Assembly: GCA_965215365.1 (NCBI GenBank)
Contig: CBDCDS010000003.1
Location: 32,001-96,000 of the forward strand
Direction: 5' to 3'
Source of the DNA: Gammaproteobacteria bacterium
Lineage (GTDB): Bacteria; Pseudomonadota; Gammaproteobacteria; Eutrophobiales; Eutrophobiaceae
DNA length: 64,000 bases
The notes under the pieces are model-generated. The model ran no database searches and had not been told where the DNA came from. It saw only the letters and a program-made list of their open reading frames with translations. A program made the translations under genes and the position numbers. This document shows, in pieces, positions 20,908-29,927 of this stretch (positions are counted from its first letter, which is position 1; every line of letters begins with the position of its first letter).

Positions 20908-21104
20908 GGTTGTATCCTCTCTGCTTCAAGTGGAGGTGATGCGCTTACGCGCGAGCGCGGCTAATCATTCTGGTATTTCCCCCGTGCTTGTCAAGCAGTT
21001 TTTGGCTTTTTTTGTAATTTTTTTCAATGAAACAGTAACGCAAGATTGGCCCACCGGGTACCGGATTAGGCTTGGTATGACTAACAGGTTTATTCAGCAC
21101 CCGG

Positions 21105-21356
21105 TCACACCCCCGCAAACAGCTTCATAAAACCTAACAACAGTCCTGCGAGCAATCCGGTCTGCGCAATCAACGCGCCGATCATCCATTTCAGTAAATC
21201 GGCCTTAAGCTCCAGCAGATTCTGCTTAGTGGCCAGATTGCTGTTCAGTAAGGTCACCTGCTCGTCCGCCAACGCCTCGGCTTGCGCCTCGGTGAACCCG
21301 GTCTGCGTCAGGCGCTTGATAAAGCGGTGGGTATCAAATGCAATGGCTTGGCTCAT
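21105..21356 (-). CDS. DUF1640/CCDC90-like short coiled-coil membrane protein
   Basis: FDTHRFIKRL...GFTEAQAEAL...LATK..L.ELKADLLKWMIG plus a C-terminal TM helix. Confidence 0.8.
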   Translation of the reverse strand: MSQAIAFDTHRFIKRLTQTGFTEAQAEALADEQVTLLNSNLATKQNLLELKADLLKWMIGALIAQTGLLAGLLLGFMKLFAGV

Positions 21357-21395
21357 AACGGTACTATACAAGGATGCTGCGGGTTATGCAAGGGG

Positions 21396-21492
21396 TGTCC
21401 AGGTTCAATACATATGAGACTCAGGGGTGTGCTGTGTGAGTTGTTGATAATGCTCCATCGGGGTCAATAAACCCATACCGTCATGCGGGCGG
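21396..21492 (-). mobile_element. IS481-like element remnant (terminal IR and last codons of the transposase)
   Basis: TGTCCAGGTTCAATACATATGAGACTCAG... closely matches 43179 onward; encodes RPHDGMGLLTPMEHYQQL..ESHMY. Confidence 0.85.
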
Positions 21493-21743
21493 GCGCGCCT
21501 TGGTTTGGGTGATCTGTCGGGCTCTTTGCATCTCTGTATGGTTAAAGGCATCTCTGATACAAACGGAGATTCCACTAAGGGCATGGCCGGGGCAATGGCA
21601 AAAGCATCCTTTCGTTCAAGCCACATGGGTGCATAGCGAAACATGCTGAACTGTCGCTCACCGTCCTTTTCAAATATGAGCTCGCCCACCTTGGCGGCAC
21701 GATTGCCCAGCACCACTGAGAGACGAGATGTTCTTTTATTCAC
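21493..21743 (-). pseudogene. Truncated HipA-family toxin (N-terminal domain only)
   Basis: VGELIF...F.YAP.WL....AFAI.P.MPL HipA_N pattern. No kinase domain; the frame runs into the IS remnant. Confidence 0.7.
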
Positions 21744-21764
21744 GGCGTGCTTTTGACTGTCGTA

Positions 21765-22097
21765 TCAGGCGCCACAGAGGGCATTGTTAGGGGTTGATCG
21801 ACGAATCCGTTTTGGTAGTGCTTCGAGGTCCATGACCAGACCGGTATCATCCGAGGCTATCTCTAGTAAGTCGTGCAGCCGCCTGAGCTCGCCGAACGCT
21901 AGCAAGGCCATGGCCAACGCTAAAATTGAAACACCGGGGTCACCTTTTTCGAGACGCCTGACGGTGCCTTCTGACATACGCATTCTGGCAGCTAGATCGG
22001 ACTGCGTCATACGCCGTTTGCGACGGGCGATGCTGAGATCCCTGCCTAATCGCTCTAAGGTTTTATTAACTGCTATAGATTGCGGCTTATTTTTCAT
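21765..22097 (-). CDS. XRE/HipB-like HTH antitoxin
   Basis: LG..L..AR.KR.MTQ.DLA.R..MS..TV.RLEKGDPGV; directly upstream of the hipA fragment. Confidence 0.85.
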   Translation of the reverse strand: MKNKPQSIAVNKTLERLGRDLSIARRKRRMTQSDLAARMRMSEGTVRRLEKGDPGVSILALAMALLAFGELRRLHDLLEIASDDTGLVMDLEALPKRIRRSTPNNALCGA

Positions 22098-22167
22098 AGT
22101 ACGCTATAAATAGCATTTTAGACTTGTGAAATCAATACCAAGGGTGATCGTAAATGTAACAGTCACG

Positions 22168-22197
22168 TTGACAAGCCCGCAAACAATCAGGTAGAAT
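22168..22197 (+). promoter_or_regulatory. rpmH promoter
   Basis: TTGACA-18 nt-TAGAAT. Confidence 0.65.
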
Positions 22198-22230
22198 GCC
22201 TGCAAATTCTGGAAACCGAACAGCACGCCA

Positions 22231-22365
22231 ATGAAACGTACATACCAACCCAGTAACATCAAACGCAAGCGCCGGCATGGCTTTCGGGCGCGGATGCGCA
22301 CCAAGGCCGGGCGTCTGATACTCAAGGCGCGCCGGGCCAAAGGCAGGAAGCGGTTGTCCGCTTGA
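22231..22365 (+). CDS. rpmH: 50S ribosomal protein L34
   Basis: Manual translation [44 protein letters not shown]. Confidence 0.99.
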   Translation: MKRTYQPSNIKRKRRHGFRARMRTKAGRLILKARRAKGRKRLSA

Positions 22366-22709
22366 GTCGTTTTCAGCGCCAACACCGACTCAACAACGGC
22401 GCGGATTTCAACAGGGTTTTCAAGACCTCCTGTCGCTCCCGCGATGCGCAGTTTGTGGTCCTCGCGTGCAGGAACAGCCAGCAGTATGCGCGCTTGGGAA
22501 TGGCAATTTCCAAAAAGGCGGTGCGCTCAGCCGTTGCCAGAAACAAGGTGAAACGCACCATTCGGGAAAGCTTTCGCGCTCATACAGACAGATTGTCGGG
22601 GCTCGATATAGTAGTCCTGGCGCAACAGCAAACAAAATCGAGTGAAAGCAGGCTCATGAACCAGTCCCTCACCAGGCATTGGCAAAGGATTTTGCGATGC
22701 GTAAAGTAG
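22362..22709 (+). CDS. rnpA: Ribonuclease P protein component
   Basis: RLGMAISKK...[15 protein letters not shown]; follows rpmH. Confidence 0.96.
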   Translation: MSRFQRQHRLNNGADFNRVFKTSCRSRDAQFVVLACRNSQQYARLGMAISKKAVRSAVARNKVKRTIRESFRAHTDRLSGLDIVVLAQQQTKSSESRLMNQSLTRHWQRILRCVK

Positions 22710-22963
22710 TGACCCGAACCTCATATCCCCATGCGGTCAAGGCCTCGCTAACTGTTAGAGATGCCTTGACCGCAATCATCCGCTGTTATCAGCGCTTTAT
22801 CAGCCCGTTGCTGGGCCTGAACTGCCGCTTCTACCCTTCCTGTTCCAGTTATGCCGGCGAAGCGGTGGCAAGGCATGGCGTAGTGCGCGGCATCTGGCTC
22901 AGCGTGCGGCGCGTGTGCCGTTGCCACCCGCTGCATCCCGGCGGCGTTGATCCCGTTCCCTAA
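22697..22963 (+). CDS. yidD: Membrane protein insertion efficiency factor
   Basis: YQRFISP...CRFYPSCS.Y...RCHP...GG.DPVP. Confidence 0.95.
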   Translation: MRKVVTRTSYPHAVKASLTVRDALTAIIRCYQRFISPLLGLNCRFYPSCSSYAGEAVARHGVVRGIWLSVRRVCRCHPLHPGGVDPVP

Positions 22964-23066
22964 CCCGCAGATCTCACCAAGTCGCTTGTTGCCTTGTGAA
23001 ACATAATTGCTCTCAATAAGTTATGGTAATACTTCTGCTCTTTCCACCTGACAGACAACCTGCATT

Positions 23067-24716
23067 ATGGATACCCAGCGTTTTATCCTGATACTGGCGT
23101 TATCGCTGGTGGCGCTCATGCTGTGGCAGGAGTGGCAGCAGGATTATGGCTCTGCGCCCGTCGCGGTGGGCAACCAGGAGCCTGGGGCACCTGCTGAAGA
23201 CCCCGGCATACCACAACTGAAACCGGACGAAATGGCCGTACCGGATGTTGCCGACGCTGGCGCGAGCGCGCCAGCCGGCGCGGTGGTGACGGTGGCAACC
23301 GACGTATTGCATCTGAAAATCGATCAGGGCGGCACTATCGTGTTCGCGGAACTGTTTGATTATCCGGTATCCCTAGAGCAGAAAGAGCAACCCTTCGTGC
23401 TGCTGGATAACAGCGCCTCCCGGTACTACGTCATCCAAGGCGGCATTGTCGGCGAGTCGGCGCCGACCCACAAGGCGGTGTTTACAGCTGCACAACAGAA
23501 CTACACCCTGGACGCGGGACAGCAGACGCTGGAAGTGCCGCTACGCTGGACTGCCGAGGATGGCGTAACGGTAACCAAAGTGTTTGTATTTGAACGCGGG
23601 TCTTACCGGGTTTACATCAAATACCTCGTTGATAACGGTTCTGATAACGCTTGGGAAGGCCGCCAATACACCCAAATCAAGCGGGATGACCCGTCCCGGG
23701 AAGGTCGGCGGTTGATCTATACCTATACCGGCGCGGTGCTGTCCAGCCCCGATAACCGTTACGAGAAAATCAGCTTCGGCGACATGGAAGATCAGGACGC
23801 GGATGCACAAATCAGCAACGGCTGGGCCGCCATGATCCAGCATTATTTCCTGACTGCGATTCTGCCCGCCGACATAGAAGCTACCCACCGCTATTACACT
23901 CGTACGTTTCCCTCCGGCTATTATTCCATCGGCAGCGTTTCCCCGGCCCTGCGCCTGGACCCCGGGCAACAGGGGGAATTGACCGGTTATGTCTATATCG
24001 GCCCCAAGGTACAATCGGTGCTGGAAACGCTGGCGGACAAGCTGGAACTTACGGTCGATTACGGCATGCTCTGGTTTCTGGCGAAACCGCTGTTCTGGTG
24101 TCTGGAACGCCTGCATGGTCTGACCGGCAACTGGGGTTGGTCGATCATCTTGGTGACAGTGCTGCTCAAGTTGCTGTTTTACCATTTATCTGCGGTGGGT
24201 TACCGCTCCATGGCCAACATGCGGCGGGTGCAGCCGCGGCTGCTGGCCATTCGCGAACGGCACAAGGATGACCGCGCGCGCCTGAATCAGGCCATGATGC
24301 AGATTTACAAGGAGGAGAAGATCAACCCGTTGGGCGGTTGCTTCCCGATCCTGGTGCAGATTCCGGTGTTCCTGGCACTGTACTGGGTATTGCTGGAAAG
24401 CGTGGAGCTGCGGCAGGCCGACTTCATCTTCTGGCTCAACGACTTGTCGAGCAAGGATCCGTTTTTCGTGCTGCCGATCATGATGGGCGCCACCATGCTG
24501 ATCCAGCAGAAGCTCAATCCCGCGCCCATGGACCCCATGCAGGAGAAGGTGATGAAGGCGCTGCCGTTTGTGTTCACCATCTTCTTTGCCTTTTTTCCTT
24601 CCGGGCTGGTGTTGTACTGGGTCACCAATAACGTCCTGTCCATTGCTCAGCAATGGCTGATCATGAGAAAGCTGGAGAAAGAGGGGCTTGCTGCGGGTAA
24701 CAGCAGCTCCCGCTGA
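23067..24716 (+). CDS. yidC: Membrane protein insertase
   Basis: GNWGWSII, NPLGGCFPILVQIPVF, GLVLYW..NN. Confidence 0.98.
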   Translation: MDTQRFILILALSLVALMLWQEWQQDYGSAPVAVGNQEPGAPAEDPGIPQLKPDEMAVPDVADAGASAPAGAVVTVATDVLHLKIDQGGTIVFAELFDYPVSLEQKEQPFVLLDNSASRYYVIQGGIVGESAPTHKAVFTAAQQNYTLDAGQQTLEVPLRWTAEDGVTVTKVFVFERGSYRVYIKYLVDNGSDNAWEGRQYTQIKRDDPSREGRRLIYTYTGAVLSSPDNRYEKISFGDMEDQDADAQISNGWAAMIQHYFLTAILPADIEATHRYYTRTFPSGYYSIGSVSPALRLDPGQQGELTGYVYIGPKVQSVLETLADKLELTVDYGMLWFLAKPLFWCLERLHGLTGNWGWSIILVTVLLKLLFYHLSAVGYRSMANMRRVQPRLLAIRERHKDDRARLNQAMMQIYKEEKINPLGGCFPILVQIPVFLALYWVLLESVELRQADFIFWLNDLSSKDPFFVLPIMMGATMLIQQKLNPAPMDPMQEKVMKALPFVFTIFFAFFPSGLVLYWVTNNVLSIAQQWLIMRKLEKEGLAAGNSSSR

Positions 24717-24718
24717 CT

Positions 24719-26164
24719 TTGACAACAGATACCATCGCAGCCATCGCGACGCCGCCCGGACTAGGAGCGGTAGGCATCGTAAAAGTCTCCGGGGCGGACA
24801 GCGGCAACATCGTCACGGCGCTATGTCGGCTCAAGCCCGGACACCGGGAAGCGCGCTACACGGCATTTTATGACGCCCGGGGACAGGTGCTGGATCGCGG
24901 TCTGGCGTTGTTTTTTCAGGGGCCTGACTCCCACACCGGCGAGGATGTGGCCGAACTGCATGGACACGGCGGCCCGGTGGTGATGAATCTGTTGCTGCAA
25001 CGCGTGCTGGCCCTGGGCGCGCGCTATGCGCGTCCCGGGGAATTCAGCGAGCGGGCGTTCCTGAACAACAAGATCGACCTGCTACAGGCCGAAGCCGTGG
25101 CAGACCTGATCAGCAGTGCCTCCGAGCAGGCGGCGCTGAGTGCAGTGCGCGCCCTGGAGGGCGCATTCTCTGCCCGATTGCAGGAACTGGCCGACAAGGT
25201 GATCGAACTGCGCCTGTTCGTCGAAGCCATGCTGGACTTCCCCGAAGAGGAGGTCGATGCCCTGACGGATATGGAATTAGCCAGCCGGTTGGCAGACTGC
25301 CGGCGCTGCCTAGACGCTATTTCTGCGCAAGCGGAAACCGGCAGGTTACTGGCGGAAGGGCTGAAAATCGCGCTGCTCGGCAAACCCAACGCCGGCAAAT
25401 CCAGCCTGTTGAACCGGCTTGCCGAAGCTGAGCGCGCCATCGTTTCCCCCCAGCCCGGCACCACCCGCGACACCATTGAGCAGCAGATTTTGATCGACGG
25501 TATCCCGCTCAACGTCATCGACACCGCCGGGATAAGAACGGCCGGCAACCAGATTGAACAGGAGGGCATCAGGCGGGCCGAGGCGGCGGCGGTTGCCGCG
25601 GATATTGTGATTCTGATCGCCGATACCTGCAGGGACGATATGCCTGATTTACGCGCCGTCGCCGCGCAGTTGGGGCCTGGAAAAAACCTGTTGTACGTCT
25701 TCAACAAGATCGACCTGTCAGGCCGGGCACCGGGCAAAGCAGGGCCGGATGGGGACGCCCCGCCGCTTACTCCATGCGGGGGCAGGCTTGAAGCCGTTCC
25801 GTCCGGCAGCGTTGCAAGGACTGGGGGCGGCGCATCGGCAACGGCCAACGCGGCGCGCGCGATTTATGTCTCGGCCAAAACCGGAGCCGGGATGGACGCA
25901 CTGAAACAGGAAATAAAAGATATGGTGCGTGGAGCGGACTGTACAGAGAACAGTTTCATCGCCCACACCCGCCATATTGACCTGTTACACAAGGCGGCCA
26001 CGCAGCTCCGGGACGCGGCGGCACAATTCCACCAACACCGGGCGACGGAACTGTTCGCCGACGATCTCACCCGGGTGCAGCAGACCCTGGGGGAGTTGAC
26101 CGGTACGCACACCCCGGATGACCTGCTCGGCGAGATCTTCGCCCGATTTTGTATCGGCAAGTAG
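24719..26164 (+). CDS. mnmE: tRNA modification GTPase MnmE/TrmE
   Basis: DTIAAIATPPG, GKPNAGKSS, GTTRD, DTAG, NKID, C-terminal FCIGK. Confidence 0.98.
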   Translation: MTTDTIAAIATPPGLGAVGIVKVSGADSGNIVTALCRLKPGHREARYTAFYDARGQVLDRGLALFFQGPDSHTGEDVAELHGHGGPVVMNLLLQRVLALGARYARPGEFSERAFLNNKIDLLQAEAVADLISSASEQAALSAVRALEGAFSARLQELADKVIELRLFVEAMLDFPEEEVDALTDMELASRLADCRRCLDAISAQAETGRLLAEGLKIALLGKPNAGKSSLLNRLAEAERAIVSPQPGTTRDTIEQQILIDGIPLNVIDTAGIRTAGNQIEQEGIRRAEAAAVAADIVILIADTCRDDMPDLRAVAAQLGPGKNLLYVFNKIDLSGRAPGKAGPDGDAPPLTPCGGRLEAVPSGSVARTGGGASATANAARAIYVSAKTGAGMDALKQEIKDMVRGADCTENSFIAHTRHIDLLHKAATQLRDAAAQFHQHRATELFADDLTRVQQTLGELTGTHTPDDLLGEIFARFCIGK

Positions 26165-26223
26165 CCGACCATGGGCCGCCCTTGCCTGCTTGCGCCAAGC
26201 CGTGAATGCACCGTGAATAGGCC

Positions 26224-27162
26224 GTGAATAAGCCGGGCGGCAGGTTTTTATTCATTACCCTCAGCAACATCGGCGATGCCTTGCTGACTACGCCGGTATT
26301 GGAGTTTTTGCACGAATACGACGCCCGCGCAACCATCGACATTGTCGGTGATGAGCGCTCCTCCGTGCTGTTCCGGTACTGTCCCTACCGGGGCGAAATT
26401 TATCACAAACATAAAAAACGCCTGCTACGAGGCGTACCCGCCCTGCTGGCGGCGCTACGCGGGAACCACTATGACCTGGTGGTGGATTTGCGCACGACGT
26501 TCCTGGCCTACCTGATCAAGGCTGAGCAACGGTTTGCCCGCAGCAACCGGGACACACGCCTGCATGCGGTTGAAAGGCACTTTTCCACCATTGCCGGCAT
26601 CGCCGGGGCCCAGGAAATACCGCCCACTGTCTTGTGGCTCAGCCGGACTGAGCGGGATTATGCGGAGGGGATATGCCGGCAGTTACCCGGACAGAAGTGG
26701 TTGTGCATCGGCCCCGGCGCCAACTGGGAACGCAAGATCTGGCCGGCGGAAAACTATGCGCAAACCGCGAATGCGCTGGGTGCCGAGTTCGAGGCACTGG
26801 TACTGCTGGGCAGCGCCGCCGACACCCATCACGCGCAGCGGCTCGCCCAGTCTGTGCGGCTACCCTGCGTCAACCTGTGCGGACAAACCACGCTGTTGCA
26901 AGCCGCCGCAGTGCTGGAACGGATGACCCTGTTGCTCGGCAACGACTCCGGCCTCGGCCATATCGCCGCCGCGCTCAGCACACCCTCCTTCACCCTGTTC
27001 GGCCCCGGCCACCCGGCACGCTACCACCCCTGGGGACCGCACGCAGCCTGGCACGCGGCGCCGGCTCGGGTTATCGAGACCATCCCGGTCAGTACCGTAC
27101 TGGCTGCAGTGCGCCTGCACCTGGCTCGTATTTCTCAGCCTGGGGCCAGTAGTATCCTATAG
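26224..27162 (+). CDS. Glycosyltransferase family 9 (heptosyltransferase-like)
   Basis: IGDALLTTP, K.WP.E.Y, GNDSGLGHIAAA, LFGP. Confidence 0.9.
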   Translation: MNKPGGRFLFITLSNIGDALLTTPVLEFLHEYDARATIDIVGDERSSVLFRYCPYRGEIYHKHKKRLLRGVPALLAALRGNHYDLVVDLRTTFLAYLIKAEQRFARSNRDTRLHAVERHFSTIAGIAGAQEIPPTVLWLSRTERDYAEGICRQLPGQKWLCIGPGANWERKIWPAENYAQTANALGAEFEALVLLGSAADTHHAQRLAQSVRLPCVNLCGQTTLLQAAAVLERMTLLLGNDSGLGHIAAALSTPSFTLFGPGHPARYHPWGPHAAWHAAPARVIETIPVSTVLAAVRLHLARISQPGASSIL

Positions 27163-27363
27163 TGTGTGGGTATCGCTGTTTTTATTCGATATTTTTTTGT
27201 GCTGATATAGTACACTCGTTAACCAAGAGGATATAAACTGCCAGCTTGCTGATTTCAGGTTGATGATAGAATTACCTGTGCCTCCCTACACGTCAGGGAT
27301 AGCGGCTATTCGCCACAACAAACCATCAATGTAAAACTATTATACCGCTAATACGGAGTATTT

Positions 27364-28743
27364 ATGAGTCGTCTCCTAAACGTACCGGAAGCTGGGGCGG
27401 TAAAAAACGTGCCGAAGATGGTTCTCGCTGCCGATGTGAAGGTTCCTGAAACCTTCGATTCAAAGGCGACTTATCCCTTTCACTACGAGGTCATGGGACA
27501 TGACCAACTGCCTCATGTAGTTAAATTTTCTGGCGGACGTTCCAGTGGAATGATGTTGTTCATGCTCTTGGAAAACAACTTCCTTAAGCCAAAACGGGGC
27601 GATGTCATCATATTTAACGACACTTCAGCTGAACATCCGGAGACTTATAATTTTACGGCAAAGTGCAAACGTATTGCTGAAGAGCGATACGGGATCCCAT
27701 TTTTTTGGATCCAGTTCCAGACATACGAAGATGCCAGGGGAGGAAAATGGGTGCGCTTGCCCGCGTATCGCCTGGTGAAACCCGTGCCCTGGTCGGCAGA
27801 CGAACCAGACGGATACCACTGGAAAGGCGAAGCCTTTGAGGAGCTACTTTCCTGGTCAGGGTACGTGCCGAATCAATTTCAGAGAACCTGCACTCAAAAT
27901 CTGAAGCTGGAAGTCACCAGGCAGTTTTTACGAGACTGGTTCGCCTGCAAAGACAGAACCAACCGGTTGGGGCATTATGGGGGCGGTAGCCGAATGGACG
28001 ATGACACGATGTATGCTTATCATCAAAAACACAGGGGAAAAGTTCCTAAAGAAATATTCCTTGCGAAAAAATCCTATGTCCGTTCCCGTCCCGTGTTTCG
28101 CAATGAACAATTTTTTTCAGATTTTTCCCGCATAACACAATCAATAGATAATCCGTATCTCACCGGCAAGCAATTCGGAGGCAACGCCACTTTTGGCGAT
28201 GGTGGCATTGAGTATATTACTTTTGTCGGACTGCGCCACGATGAAATGCGCCGGGTTATCAAAGTCCAAAGACGTAACTCCGGGGGACCCGAAGCGAATG
28301 GTTATGAGGGGGAACATGTTTATATGCCGCTGGCAAAGATCGGAGTAACAAAAGAAGATGTGGATGAGTTTTGGAACAACCAGAACTGGGGATTGAACCT
28401 GCCGAGTGAGGCTGGTTTGTCTAATTGTGTCTATTGCTTCCTCAAGGGTGCCGGGGCTTTGCGTAAGGTGCATAAGCAAATGGAAGCCGCCAAGGGGAAA
28501 ACAACATCGGCCATTGATTCGCCATGTGATATTAACTGGTGGAAACGGATGGAGCTTCGCTATGGCAGAGATCTGAAAGCGGAAAAACGAGTACTGCAAA
28601 AGAAAGAAAGAGCAGGAGCGGTGATTGGATTCTTCGGTATTGAGAGCGGATTTTCGTATGATCTGCTGGGAAAGAGCGATAATGGAAAAACAGATCTTTC
28701 CAAATTCACCAAAACCGTTTTGCCCTGCGATTGTACAGATTAA
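27364..28743 (+). CDS. PAPS-reductase-like PP-loop ATPase with Cys motifs (probable Fe-S protein)
   Basis: VVKFSGGRSSGMM (PP-loop variant), FNDTSAEHPETY, RTCTQNLK, GLRHDEMRR, NCVYCFLK, terminal PCDCTD. Confidence 0.82.
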   Translation: MSRLLNVPEAGAVKNVPKMVLAADVKVPETFDSKATYPFHYEVMGHDQLPHVVKFSGGRSSGMMLFMLLENNFLKPKRGDVIIFNDTSAEHPETYNFTAKCKRIAEERYGIPFFWIQFQTYEDARGGKWVRLPAYRLVKPVPWSADEPDGYHWKGEAFEELLSWSGYVPNQFQRTCTQNLKLEVTRQFLRDWFACKDRTNRLGHYGGGSRMDDDTMYAYHQKHRGKVPKEIFLAKKSYVRSRPVFRNEQFFSDFSRITQSIDNPYLTGKQFGGNATFGDGGIEYITFVGLRHDEMRRVIKVQRRNSGGPEANGYEGEHVYMPLAKIGVTKEDVDEFWNNQNWGLNLPSEAGLSNCVYCFLKGAGALRKVHKQMEAAKGKTTSAIDSPCDINWWKRMELRYGRDLKAEKRVLQKKERAGAVIGFFGIESGFSYDLLGKSDNGKTDLSKFTKTVLPCDCTD

Positions 28744-28750
28744 AAACAGC

Positions 28751-29908
28751 GTGAGGAATAAGGTAGTTTACTTGGATAATCAGGCAACCACGCCAGTTGA
28801 CCCTCTGGTGTTGGATGCGATGCAACCCTATTTTTCAAGGGAATATGGCAATCCCCATTCAACGGGGCACGCTTATGGATGGAATGCTGAAGCCGCCGTA
28901 AATACCTCCCGACAAAGTGTAGCGACAATGATAGGGGCTGACGCCAGAGAAATTATATTCACGTCCGGCGCAACTGAATCCTGTAATCTGGCACTACGAG
29001 GGGTGGTAGGCGCCCAAGAAAAAAATAGTGCTAACTCACGTCGCAAAATAATAACAACTGCTATTGAGCATCCTTGTGTCTTAGAAACCTGCGAAGACCT
29101 GAAAAAGAACGGCTGGGAGGTTATAGTCGCCGCTGTAGATTCTGACGGGCTGATCGATATCGACGAGTTGTACAAGACAGTAGATGAACAGACGCTGGTT
29201 GTTTCAGTTATGGCGGCAAACAATGAAATCGGCGTTATACAACCCATTGAAGAAATCGGAGAAATTTGCCGGTCAAGGGGGGCGTACTTACACACCGATG
29301 CCACTCAAGCTGCAGGAAAAATACCGATTGACGTTAGAAAATGGAATGTTGACCTGATGAGTCTATCCGGACACAAAATGTATGCCCCCAAAGGCATAGG
29401 TGTCTTGTTTGTAAGATGGCAGCCACCCGTGAAGATAAAGCCGTTGGTAACAGGCGGCGGACAAGAGGCTGGACTTCGTCCGGGCACGATACCTGTCGCC
29501 CAAGTCGTCGGCATGGGCGAGGCATGTCGTATAGCGATAGATTCCATAGACAGGGAGTCTGTTGCACTTCGGAAATTAACTGAAAAGCTACGGCTGAAGT
29601 TGTTTGAAATACGCCCCGATGCAGTTTTATTCGGCCATTGGAAAAAACGTGTGCCAGGCAATATCAATATCGGCTTTCCAGGGTTTTCAGGGGAGGATAT
29701 AGTTTCCTCGGTTGGTGATGAAATAGCAATTTCCGCCGGTTCTGCCTGCTCTTCAGTTAAAGTTGAGCCTTCTCATGTTTTACTGGCCCTAGGTGTTGGT
29801 GCAGAAGCGGCGCAATCAGCTTTGCGCATCAGCCTAGGACGATTTAATACAGAAAGTGATGTTGACAAGGCGCTTCACGTCTTGTCGGAAATTATAACAA
29901 ACCCTTAA
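28751..29908 (+). CDS. Group I cysteine desulfurase (IscS/DndA/SspA-like)
   Basis: YLDNQATTP, HTDATQA.GK, SGHK (PLP lysine), GGGQE.GLRPGT, SAGSACSS. GTG start 7 nt after the upstream stop. Confidence 0.93.
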   Translation: MRNKVVYLDNQATTPVDPLVLDAMQPYFSREYGNPHSTGHAYGWNAEAAVNTSRQSVATMIGADAREIIFTSGATESCNLALRGVVGAQEKNSANSRRKIITTAIEHPCVLETCEDLKKNGWEVIVAAVDSDGLIDIDELYKTVDEQTLVVSVMAANNEIGVIQPIEEIGEICRSRGAYLHTDATQAAGKIPIDVRKWNVDLMSLSGHKMYAPKGIGVLFVRWQPPVKIKPLVTGGGQEAGLRPGTIPVAQVVGMGEACRIAIDSIDRESVALRKLTEKLRLKLFEIRPDAVLFGHWKKRVPGNINIGFPGFSGEDIVSSVGDEIAISAGSACSSVKVEPSHVLLALGVGAEAAQSALRISLGRFNTESDVDKALHVLSEIITNP

Positions 29909-29927
29909 ATCAGGGAGGAGACTGTTG

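Larger units (their letters stand above)
19383..21025. repeat. Tandem array of three ~500-560 bp gene units bracketed by four promoter-module copies
   Basis: AGTTTGCCTGCTGTTTCAACCGTCCGTACC recurs at 19438, 20001 and 20503; TTGTCAAGCAGTTTTT recurs four times. Confidence 0.95.

Noticed and set aside
19438-21025. Diversity-generating retroelement or integron cassettes
   Set aside because: No reverse transcriptase or integrase, no adenine-specific variation and no attC-like structure.
27364-29908. Housekeeping cysH or isc locus
   Set aside because: No cysDN/cysIJ or iscU/hscBA neighbours, a non-canonical PP-loop, and operonic linkage to nuclease and ATPase genes.
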